Of a stretch of DNA of 64,000 bases, positions 49,561-58,003 are shown one piece after another (position 1 is the first letter of the stretch; every line of letters starts with the position of its first letter). The notes below the pieces were generated by a model. That model saw only the letters and a program-made list of their open reading frames with translations. It was not told where the DNA came from and ran no database searches. Made by a program: the position numbers and the translations under genes. The stretch lies in sequence record MW749003.1. The stretch is one strand, 5' to 3'.

Positions 49561-49789
49561 AATCTAAAATATAAAATTAGCTTTTCATTGGCGGAAAACA
49601 CTTTTTTATATTTAAGAAAATATAACCATCAAACGTTTCTATTCCCTATTAATAGTTAGATGATAACGATCTTTCTATTACATCCAATCCGATACTCCTT
49701 CTAATTTTTATCGGTCTAATCAATTCTGTTCGCCATTGATTTAACTAATAAGATTTAGAAGGGGTAAATTATTGAAAGGAATGATTTAA

Positions 49790-50149
49790 ATGAATATAGT
49801 ACTTGAAGCTTTGCTTCTAAAAAAGTTTGAAAAAGAAATTGATGCATTACATACACATTTAAAAGCTGAAATAGAAAGAGCTATTAATATTTATAAAAAT
49901 TTAGCTATTGAAGAACTCTTAGATTATAATAAAAATTATGAACTACAAGAAGAATTCTCTTCTCCGTTTAAAAGCAAGTGGATTAAGAGTATTGAATATC
50001 TTACACATTTAAAAAGATCTATGAATTTTGGTCAATTTAATATTATTAAAGCAGATTTAGATGAGTTAGATAACCATCTTTCCCATCCAAAATTAAATAG
50101 AGACAAGACTATTATTCGTTCTTTAATTGATGAAATATTAAAATTTTAA
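49790..50149 (+). CDS. Hypothetical protein
   Basis: ORF with RBS GAAAGGA. Confidence 0.65.
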   Translation: MNIVLEALLLKKFEKEIDALHTHLKAEIERAINIYKNLAIEELLDYNKNYELQEEFSSPFKSKWIKSIEYLTHLKRSMNFGQFNIIKADLDELDNHLSHPKLNRDKTIIRSLIDEILKF

Positions 50150-50286
50150 TTTCATCATTTTTTATAAAAATAATCCTACACTTAACATATAAATATAAGG
50201 ACGACATATTTTAAAAATTTGTCTATGGACTTGTTAAGTATGGCAGTATTTAACAAGTCTAAAAATTTTATTCTTCTAGATTTTAT

Positions 50287-50359
50287 TGGGATATAGCCAA
50301 GTGGTAAGGCAGCATGCTGTTAACATGCCTATTCGTATGTTCGAATCATACTATCCCAG
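50287..50359 (+). tRNA. tRNA-Asn (GTT), CCA not encoded
   Basis: Acceptor TGGGATA/TATCCCA; anticodon arm GCATG-CTGTTAA-CATGC; T loop TTCGAAT; late motif 50184-50195. Confidence 0.9.
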
Positions 50360-50402
50360 TAAAGTCTAGAAGGGTTTTTACTGCCTATTTAGGAGGTCTA
50401 TA

Positions 50403-50543
50403 ATGTTTAATTTTTTAATAATCTTATTTGATATATTTATAATATTATGTATGTTACCGTTTCTATTTTTATTTAATTCAATGGGAAAAATGATCCTGCT
50501 AAAAAATAGGGAGGTGAAAAATATAGATGTTAAAAAAGATTAG
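50403..50543 (+). CDS. Small hydrophobic protein (46 aa)
   Basis: AGGAGG RBS; MFNFLIILFDIFIILCMLPFLFLF...; not in the ORF track. Confidence 0.4.
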   Translation: MFNFLIILFDIFIILCMLPFLFLFNSMGKMILLKNREVKNIDVKKD

Positions 50544-50856
50544 ATATTTTATTAAATCAGATGTAGAGTTACATTGTCGTAATATTTGGGAAGATGGAGT
50601 TAAAAGGATTGATGGTTTTAATTTTATAAGTAAGAAACCATTTTCTAATAGTTATCAGTATCATGCACCTCTAACTCTTGAATGTACCTATAGAATGTTA
50701 AAACTGATTCAAAGATCTATAAAAGAAAATAAGAGATCATTAACTTTTAAAATTAATCATGGTATGTCATGTAGTGAATCTATTACTATATGGAAAGGTA
50801 GTTTTAAAAAAGCTGAAAAATTAATGTTTGATTTAATAGAAAATATTCAAAAATAA
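50527..50856 (+). CDS. Hypothetical protein
   Basis: ORF with RBS GGAGGTG. Confidence 0.65.
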   Translation: MLKKIRYFIKSDVELHCRNIWEDGVKRIDGFNFISKKPFSNSYQYHAPLTLECTYRMLKLIQRSIKENKRSLTFKINHGMSCSESITIWKGSFKKAEKLMFDLIENIQK

Positions 50857-50944
50857 TATTAATTTTCAAATTAAAAACTAAAATAAGTAAACTAGATATT
50901 AGATAATCTAGTTTACTTATTAAATAATGGAGTGAGGAGTATAA

Positions 50945-51721
50945 ATGACAATGTTAACGGTTAAACAGAGAATCGGAAATCTACATGATAATATCAATAA
51001 TGCAAGAAGTAATATAGTAAGTCTCTCAGACAATATTAATGAAATTAAAGAAATCTACAAGGAAATAAATTCTTCTAAATCATTTTTACAAGATGTTGAA
51101 CAATTATTGGCTACAAAATATAATAATGAGATTAAGAAGATTTTAGAAAGTATTTTTATTTTTGATAATAAAACTTTAACAGGTTTCCATGAAAATACTG
51201 AAACTAATGTAGTTAATGTAAGTCTAAATTTATTTGATAAAATAACAAAAGATATTGATGAAGAATTTTTTGATATTAATATATTGGAAATTTTATCTTC
51301 ACAGAGAATTGAAATTGACTTTGATTCTAGAATTATTGAGAATGTTTCAATGAAATCAACTTTGGAATTCATATCTAGTATTATTAGACAAAAGATAGAA
51401 TCAAAAGAAGTATTAAATATTAGACTAAATCATAATTTAAAAAGACTAGATAAGAGTATTAAGATCACAAAAAAATCAAGAGAAATCAATCAAGAATCCA
51501 AGAATAAAATAAATGAGCAAATTATTGCCAATGAAATTTATATCACAAAGGCAAATAACTTTATTAAAGATCCACAGTTAAATATTTATATCCAAAAACT
51601 AGAGAAAGAAATAGAATCTAGTATGGAAAAAATAAAGAACTACTTAGATAGTTATTTTGGAATTGAATTTTTTATTCAAAGTAAAAATAATAGATTAAGT
51701 GAGTCATTATCCTCTAATTAG
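50945..51721 (+). CDS. Coiled-coil hypothetical protein
   Basis: Heptad-rich ORF with RBS. Confidence 0.6.
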   Translation: MTMLTVKQRIGNLHDNINNARSNIVSLSDNINEIKEIYKEINSSKSFLQDVEQLLATKYNNEIKKILESIFIFDNKTLTGFHENTETNVVNVSLNLFDKITKDIDEEFFDINILEILSSQRIEIDFDSRIIENVSMKSTLEFISSIIRQKIESKEVLNIRLNHNLKRLDKSIKITKKSREINQESKNKINEQIIANEIYITKANNFIKDPQLNIYIQKLEKEIESSMEKIKNYLDSYFGIEFFIQSKNNRLSESLSSN

Positions 51722-51760
51722 TTTATAACAATAAATTAAATAAATAAAGGAGGGTTATTA

Positions 51761-52180
51761 ATGACACCTGAACTTATGAATTTAATTTATTGTGTTATTC
51801 TAGCAGTAGTTGTATTAGCTGGAGGTTTTGGAGTTAGTGTCTTCCTAAAAAGACATAAAGAACTAGCTCCAGTCCTTCAAGAAGTAACTAATGCTCTCCC
51901 AACTGTATTAGGGGTACTAAAGGCTATTGTGACTAAGGGTGTTTCACAACATCCTGCGGCTCATGCTTTTGATGTTTTACAAAAAGTGGCTGAAGTTGCC
52001 GCTAAAGGTGTAGAGCAAGTGAGTCAAGGTACAGAGTTGCAATCTGAAGAAAAATTAAAGTTGGCTAAAGAAAACTTCCATGCTATTGCTGAAGGTATTG
52101 GTCTTAAGCCATCTGAACTTGATGAGAAGGCTGTTGAAACTCTCATTGAGAATGTAGTATTTCATTTCAACAAAAAATAA
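51761..52180 (+). CDS. Holin (LL-H-like)
   Basis: N-terminal TM; AAKGVEQ...SEEKLKLA...IENVV. Confidence 0.65.
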   Translation: MTPELMNLIYCVILAVVVLAGGFGVSVFLKRHKELAPVLQEVTNALPTVLGVLKAIVTKGVSQHPAAHAFDVLQKVAEVAAKGVEQVSQGTELQSEEKLKLAKENFHAIAEGIGLKPSELDEKAVETLIENVVFHFNKK

Positions 52181-52220
52181 TAAATTGCTCCTATAATCCT
52201 AAAAGATTATAGGAGTTTTT

Positions 52221-52233
52221 AAATATATATTAT
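52221..52233 (+). promoter_or_regulatory. Early promoter 13-mer
   Basis: Exact AAATATATATTAT just after a terminator hairpin. Confidence 0.7.
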
Positions 52234-52272
52234 TTCTTTGTAATTAGATAACAAAAATTAAGGGGGAATAAT

Positions 52273-52380
52273 ATGAATTATTCAGTACATATTGCGTATA
52301 AAGATTATAATGATGCTATTTCAAAAATGCAGTTATGGAAGGAAAACAAATACTATCTATCAAAGTTTATTAAGGAGTAA
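52273..52380 (+). CDS. 35-aa early protein
   Basis: RBS AAGGGGGA; MNYSVHIAYKDYND...; not in the ORF track. Confidence 0.55.
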   Translation: MNYSVHIAYKDYNDAISKMQLWKENKYYLSKFIKE

Positions 52381-52385
52381 AGTTA

Positions 52386-52565
52386 ATGGCTGTTAGTGAT
52401 ACTTTAGGAATGATTATGGGTGTATTATTCATATTCATATTTACTTATGGACTAGTTACTGTTAAAACTAAATTAGAGAAAGCTATATTCTCAATATTTG
52501 CATTGTTATTTATTGGATTCTTTATTTTTAATATTACTATGTTAGTATTAGAAACAACAAGATAA
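52386..52565 (+). CDS. 59-aa two-TM membrane protein
   Basis: RBS AAGGAG; MAVSDTLGMIMGVLFIFIFTYGL...; not in the ORF track. Confidence 0.6.
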   Translation: MAVSDTLGMIMGVLFIFIFTYGLVTVKTKLEKAIFSIFALLFIGFFIFNITMLVLETTR

Positions 52566-52584
52566 AATAAAGGAGTGATTAATA

Positions 52585-52953
52585 ATGGAACATTCATTTT
52601 GTCCAGAGTGTTATGAGATGAGAGATTTTAATGAAGTTTTTAAAAGTGATACATTTAATTTCTATGGACAAGAAATTGAAATTACTAGTCGTTTTCTAGA
52701 ATGTACAATATGTGGGGAAGAGATTACTGATCCAAAGAGAATTGATGAAAATTTTATTAAAGCTTATACTAAGTATAGGAATGAAAATAACCTTCTTCAT
52801 TCAGAAGAGATAAAAAATATTAGAGAAAAGAAAAACTTATCTCAAGAAGAATTTGCAGAAATACTTGGTTGCTCTAAAAGAACTATTCAAAGAATTGAAA
52901 CAGGAGCTTTACAAACTAAAGAACAAGATAAAAAAATAAGAGAATTAGTTTAA
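52585..52953 (+). CDS. MqsA-like protein (Zn ribbon plus Cro/C1 HTH)
   Basis: CPEC...CTICGEE, then IKNIREKKNLSQEEFAEILGCSKRTIQRIETG. Confidence 0.8.
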   Translation: MEHSFCPECYEMRDFNEVFKSDTFNFYGQEIEITSRFLECTICGEEITDPKRIDENFIKAYTKYRNENNLLHSEEIKNIREKKNLSQEEFAEILGCSKRTIQRIETGALQTKEQDKKIRELV

Positions 52954-52981
52954 ATAACTAATTAATTGGGAGAGAAAACAA

Positions 52982-53470
52982 ATGGCAATGACAGCGCAAA
53001 CAGAGGAATTAATGAAAATGAGAAATTTACGTTCTAGAGACATTCAAGGTAGAAAGGCAATCCTAACTGAAGATGTTGCATTCTTTACTTCTGTTTCTAG
53101 AAATGATAATAGTCTTGTTGTATTTGAAAAAGGAACAGAGGTTACTGGTGTTTATAGAATGACCAATACTGATTTATATATCTTTAGATTTAATGGTCTA
53201 TATAATTTTCCTATTAGATCATATAAATTTGAATGGAAAGACGAAAGAGAAGATGATAATTTATATAATGGGGGAAAAGACTTTACCTACTGTACTGAAT
53301 GTAATGAAGTTCTTAATAGTGAAGATGACTTATATCCAGATATGTGTAATGAATGTGGTACAGAAAAATCATATAATTTTAGAAAACCAATGAAATTTAG
53401 TAATGATAATGATGAATTTTACGAAATTACCAATTATGAACCAGTAGGATATTCAATTGATAATGACTAA
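52982..53470 (+). CDS. Hypothetical early protein with C-terminal Zn ribbon
   Basis: CTEC...CNECG. Confidence 0.65.
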   Translation: MAMTAQTEELMKMRNLRSRDIQGRKAILTEDVAFFTSVSRNDNSLVVFEKGTEVTGVYRMTNTDLYIFRFNGLYNFPIRSYKFEWKDEREDDNLYNGGKDFTYCTECNEVLNSEDDLYPDMCNECGTEKSYNFRKPMKFSNDNDEFYEITNYEPVGYSIDND

Positions 53471-53495
53471 GTAGATAATTCATGGGGAATTTAAA

Positions 53496-53540
53496 ATAAG
53501 AACAATCTTATATAGAGGTTGTTCTTATTTTTTTTTTTAT
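53496..53540 (+). terminator. Terminator hairpin with an embedded late promoter (53501-53512)
   Basis: 13-14-bp stem plus T run; AACA-ATCTTA-TA in left arm and loop. Confidence 0.65.
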
Positions 53541-53574
53541 ATGTTTAAAAATTATTTAATGGGGAGAATTATAA

Positions 53575-54825
53575 ATGAGAGAATCTAGAATAGTGGCGTG
53601 TAAAATATCAACATCTATTTCTTCTTTAATTGGAAATATTACTGGTTATGCTAGATATTTTTTATCTACAAAGTTTCCTCCTGATTTTTTTAAAGATACT
53701 CATATTAGTGGTGCTTTAAATGAAATAAGAATGGAAAATGTAGATATTGCAAAATTAAGAAAACCTACTCTAATTATGACACCTGAATACAATGGTGAAA
53801 CAGGATTTATGGAATTGTTACCGAACTGGCATACAACACAATATTTTACTTTTAAGAATCCAAGAAAGAAATACAATGGTGTACTATACGATAATAAAAA
53901 TGATATTTATATATACTCAATACCTGATAGAATTAAGGTAAACTTCAATATTAAAATAAAGTTACCATCTGAATTATATGCTTATGATGTATTACATTAT
54001 GTAAAACAAACATTTGAAACTGGTGGTTATTTCTATTTAAATGATGTAAGTTTACAAACAGAGTTACCAAAGATGTATACTAAAATTATAGAAAAAAAAT
54101 TAAATTTAGATCCATCTAAACCAGATGATAGAGAGAAGTTAGAGGAATACTACTTAGCTAACTCTTATAATGGGATCACAGAAAAAATTAATCAGTCTTC
54201 TGGCAATAGCCAGTATGCATACACTTATAAAACTAATATTCTTGTAAATATTCCTGAATTACCTACCTATGAGAAAAATGAGAATGGATTAATTACAGAT
54301 AGTACTACTGTAAATTTTCCTTTTTCATTTGAATTATGGTCTCATTCAAACTATATAATGGAAACTAAAGATGATCCAATAATAGATACAATTAGTAGTG
54401 AACCAACTATTGAGGGAAGAACTATGAAATACGATTTTTTCCTACCTACTCATTTTATAAAAGAACAATATGATAGTATGCATCTAATTGTGCATAAACA
54501 ATTCCTTCCAGATATTAATACAGAAGTTGACATACTAGATTTTAGTCCACTCATTAACTCCGAGTTAAGAGGAGTTATAGAGGAAGCACTAAAGCAAAAA
54601 TTAGATATGTCAAAACTCTTGAAAGCCAGAGTATTAGTAGATAACAAAGAGATTTATGAGGAACTCTTTAATGTGGATTGGAAGACTCTTAACTTAATAA
54701 CGAAAGAACCAATGTATAATATGACTTATACGCTAATGATTTATGGTGATTTAAAAATTTTAAACCTCATAAGTAAGTATATTGCGGAGGGCACAAAGGA
54801 GAAGATATCTGAAATAGAACTATAA
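53575..54825 (+). CDS. Putative virion structural protein
   Basis: 416-aa ORF under a late motif. Confidence 0.5.
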   Translation: MRESRIVACKISTSISSLIGNITGYARYFLSTKFPPDFFKDTHISGALNEIRMENVDIAKLRKPTLIMTPEYNGETGFMELLPNWHTTQYFTFKNPRKKYNGVLYDNKNDIYIYSIPDRIKVNFNIKIKLPSELYAYDVLHYVKQTFETGGYFYLNDVSLQTELPKMYTKIIEKKLNLDPSKPDDREKLEEYYLANSYNGITEKINQSSGNSQYAYTYKTNILVNIPELPTYEKNENGLITDSTTVNFPFSFELWSHSNYIMETKDDPIIDTISSEPTIEGRTMKYDFFLPTHFIKEQYDSMHLIVHKQFLPDINTEVDILDFSPLINSELRGVIEEALKQKLDMSKLLKARVLVDNKEIYEELFNVDWKTLNLITKEPMYNMTYTLMIYGDLKILNLISKYIAEGTKEKISEIEL

Positions 54826-54847
54826 AAATTAGAAAGATGGGATTCAC

Positions 54848-55132
54848 ATGAAATTAGAAGAGCTTTATCAGACACTTAAAAATGAATATCTTTCAGGTAA
54901 ATTTTATATTGAAGATAATAAAATTAATTGGATTTACAGTACTGAAGGTGTAAAAAGTGCTGAAGAAGCTGAAGACAGATGGCTTTCCTTTCTAGGTGCA
55001 AAAATTACCGCCGAGAATATCATTGAGGGAACAAACTTTGAAATTATTCAAAAGTTTGAAAGTAATAATAAGATTGGTTTTTCAATTAGAGAAAAACTAG
55101 TCAAAAAGAAACAAGAATGTTTCTACTATTAA
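54848..55132 (+). CDS. Hypothetical protein
   Basis: ORF. Confidence 0.6.
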   Translation: MKLEELYQTLKNEYLSGKFYIEDNKINWIYSTEGVKSAEEAEDRWLSFLGAKITAENIIEGTNFEIIQKFESNNKIGFSIREKLVKKKQECFYY

Positions 55133-55195
55133 AAAGGATAAAATATCTCCTATTTGGAGATATTTTATCTTCATACCGTATTATAGTAATATTTC

Positions 55196-55208
55196 AAATA
55201 TATATTAT
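55196..55208 (+). promoter_or_regulatory. Early promoter 13-mer
   Basis: Exact AAATATATATTAT. Confidence 0.7.
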
Positions 55209-55333
55209 ATTAATGTTAATAATAGGGATTAGCTAAGAGAAAGGAGAAACAGTATTAATGAATAAATTATATTTAAAATTACATAATATTAAAACATAAA
55301 ATATGGAAAAGAAGTGCATAAGGAGAGAATAAA

Positions 55334-55570
55334 ATGAGATCACAACTATTTAAAGATTTATTAAAAAAGTATAAAGAAGATAATGAGAATTTTAAATTAA
55401 GTGTTTGTGGCAGAGAGTATCGAATAACAGATGTTGTTAATGCTATTGAGATTTTTAGAGATGTTATTTTGGGAACTAAGTTTGATTGTAATTTTAGTGT
55501 ATCACAAGATGGAAGTATAATTACTGCTGAAATTTCTATATTTAAGATTGAAGACAAGGAAGTAATCTAA
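55334..55570 (+). CDS. Hypothetical early protein
   Basis: ORF with RBS AAGGAG. Confidence 0.65.
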   Translation: MRSQLFKDLLKKYKEDNENFKLSVCGREYRITDVVNAIEIFRDVILGTKFDCNFSVSQDGSIITAEISIFKIEDKEVI

Positions 55571-55596
55571 AGAGATAATATTGGGGGAATATAATA

Positions 55597-56052
55597 ATGT
55601 ACAGAGCAGATAAAGAATTCTATTCAAAGAAAATCGATAAAATGATATCTAATGTAATTGATGATTATACTGATGAGCCGTATTATGAATTCTTTGATAA
55701 AGGAATTAGTATTGAAAGTCTAATAAGAGAAGAGAATAGAAATAATCCTGTTGAAAAATCATTTTTAGAAGCATTAAAAGAGTTCAATATTAAATTAGAT
55801 GTTCCAATGTTTGCTCATCTAAAAGATAGAAATGATCCTTTTGATTTACTTAATGTATTTCTATTAAAAGAATATGTAGTGATATTGAGTTATTATTCAA
55901 TCGGAAGTGTAGTTGATACAGCATCAATTTATAAACTAAATGATCCTAAAGGTTATTTTAAAGAAGAATCCTTGGATGTTGAACCTGAATCAATTGATAT
56001 TCTATTTGAAAGAAAAAGAAATGAAGAATCAAAATTAATTAGTGTGGAATAA
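55597..56052 (+). CDS. Hypothetical early protein
   Basis: ORF with RBS. Confidence 0.65.
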   Translation: MYRADKEFYSKKIDKMISNVIDDYTDEPYYEFFDKGISIESLIREENRNNPVEKSFLEALKEFNIKLDVPMFAHLKDRNDPFDLLNVFLLKEYVVILSYYSIGSVVDTASIYKLNDPKGYFKEESLDVEPESIDILFERKRNEESKLISVE

Positions 56053-56112
56053 TAATGGATAAGTAAGGAATATTCCTTACTTATCCATCCTATTCTATTT
56101 GGAGGTATAATA

Positions 56113-56439
56113 ATGATAAAAATAGAAACAAAAAATGATACTGCAATGATTAAAGATGAATCTCTTAGGAAATCAACCGAAGAAGTATTAAATTATTATT
56201 TAAGTGCACTAGGAGTAGAAGACCTAAAGAATAATGAAACAGTTACTATTTATGCTATCAGGGAATCTGGTAAATTAGAAGATCATGTTGTTGCAATGGA
56301 AATTGAATATATTGAGAGACAAATTGGGAATGTTGTTTCAATAAATGTTATAGACCATGATAAAGATCATAATATCATCTATATAATCGATTATAACAAT
56401 ATTGTAGATCCAGAAATTAAATCAATAAGAATAGAATAG
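56113..56439 (+). CDS. Hypothetical protein
   Basis: ORF with RBS GGAGG. Confidence 0.65.
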   Translation: MIKIETKNDTAMIKDESLRKSTEEVLNYYLSALGVEDLKNNETVTIYAIRESGKLEDHVVAMEIEYIERQIGNVVSINVIDHDKDHNIIYIIDYNNIVDPEIKSIRIE

Positions 56440-56451
56440 GAGTTACTATAA

Positions 56452-56952
56452 ATGGTACAAATCCTTAATTTAAGTGAAGGATCAGCAAATGATAAAATAA
56501 AAGCAGTTGAAAGATTAAGAGATAAATTTGATAATAATAGTTTTACCTTATATACTATGGAAACTAAGATAATGGGAGTTGAAGATAGAATAACGAGAAT
56601 CTATCTAGGTGACTTATTATTAATGCATGCATCTAATCACCTTATTGTACCTGATAAAATGGGAAATCCTATGCAATCCAGCAATGGTGTAACGGTATTT
56701 AATGGATCTAGAGAACAACAAAGAATATTAGAAGTTGGTATTGGTGGATGGGATGCATTTAAATTCTGGATTTCCAATACTACCTTCTTATATGCATTTA
56801 GATGTAAAAATTTTAGAGATTTGTTAAATGGTTCAAAGCAAATTGATCCAATGATTAATAGTATCTTTTATAAATTTTTTAAAAATCCAGATGTTAGAGA
56901 ACAATTTAATCGTGTTTTAAATGAAGCTCGAATTAATATTAAGGAGAATTAA
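56452..56952 (+). CDS. Hypothetical protein
   Basis: ORF with RBS AGGAG. Confidence 0.65.
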   Translation: MVQILNLSEGSANDKIKAVERLRDKFDNNSFTLYTMETKIMGVEDRITRIYLGDLLLMHASNHLIVPDKMGNPMQSSNGVTVFNGSREQQRILEVGIGGWDAFKFWISNTTFLYAFRCKNFRDLLNGSKQIDPMINSIFYKFFKNPDVREQFNRVLNEARINIKEN

Positions 56953-57015
56953 TAGCTAAATATCTCTTTTAAAATAAAAAAAGAGTTACAAAAAAGAAAA
57001 TAAGAGGTAAAATAG

Positions 57016-57177
57016 ATGATCAAAGATTTAAAAACTATTGCTCTATGTTTAGTTGGGTTTATTATTATATTCTTTATAATTAAAACATTTATGTATTCTA
57101 ATGAGGAAGAAGAATGTTTAAAAAGAGATCATTATGTAGATGACTCTAAATGGGAAGAATATTGTAAAAATAAATAG
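57016..57177 (+). CDS. 53-aa membrane-anchored protein
   Basis: RBS GAGG; MIKDLKTIALCLVGFIIIFFII...; not in the ORF track. Confidence 0.55.
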   Translation: MIKDLKTIALCLVGFIIIFFIIKTFMYSNEEEECLKRDHYVDDSKWEEYCKNK

Positions 57178-57219
57178 AGAGAATAATCCTATATCATGCG
57201 ATATAGGATTATTTTTTTT

Positions 57220-57954
57220 TTATGCATAGATAAGATATTCAATTAATACTGTTTTAGTAAGAGAAGTAAGTGACTCTGAGTCAAAAGTTACTCTTGAAAA
57301 TAGCTCAGTATCTTTATAGGTATTATTAGCTTCATCATACTCAGCAAATACTAAGCCTAGTTCATTAATGAGATATCCTCTAGTTTCATCTGCATTAATT
57401 TTAAGCATAATCTTTTGATAAACTTCATTATTTTCTTTACTGAATACCCATTGAGGTTCTACTTCAAAAACTTTACCATAATATTCAGTAGTTCCATCAG
57501 ATCTTACTTCAGGCAGATAATAACGTTTTCTTTGTTCTTCTGAAAGTTCCTCAATAATAGAAGGATTATTTTCTTTTTCAGGAGTTTCATGCTTTGCTGG
57601 ATCCTGAACAACAAATGGAACTGGCTTTGCTAGATCTTCGTCACTATACAATGGTGCAAAAGGTTGGAAAGGTGCAGATTCAATATCAGCGCCACCTGAA
57701 CCTACTTTAAATAAGCAAATACTTCTATTTAAGTTAACTTTATAACCTGAAGCTTCTGCATCAATCGGTTTACCAAATAAACGCTCCAAAGCATATGTTC
57801 TTCCACGTAGTACAATTAGATTATCTTTTTCTAAAATTGTATTTCCAAATTCATCCATTACTTTTACTTTACCTTTTAATCCCATGCCAGAACTTGGCTG
57901 AGAAGTTTTATCTCCAATATTAATCCCATCATTGAATTTCAATTTTTCAGTCAT
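57220..57954 (-). CDS. Baseplate/tail-fibre attachment-like protein
   Basis: FKVGSGGAD...INELGL...LFSRVTF; ATG 57954 fits RBS GGAGG. Confidence 0.55.
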   Translation of the reverse strand: MTEKLKFNDGINIGDKTSQPSSGMGLKGKVKVMDEFGNTILEKDNLIVLRGRTYALERLFGKPIDAEASGYKVNLNRSICLFKVGSGGADIESAPFQPFAPLYSDEDLAKPVPFVVQDPAKHETPEKENNPSIIEELSEEQRKRYYLPEVRSDGTTEYYGKVFEVEPQWVFSKENNEVYQKIMLKINADETRGYLINELGLVFAEYDEANNTYKDTELFSRVTFDSESLTSLTKTVLIEYLIYA

Positions 57955-58003
57955 TATTGAAACCTCCAATTTATTATATTTACAAATAAATGTTTACTAT
58001 TCT

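Noticed and set aside
49430-49562. Minus-strand 43-codon ORF (VTVVGIAP...MTKIIP) and MTKIIP micro-ORF inside the ncRNA region
   Set aside because: No RBS for the long form, 12-nt spacing for the short form, and no minus-strand promoter seen; the plus-strand structure explains the sequence better.
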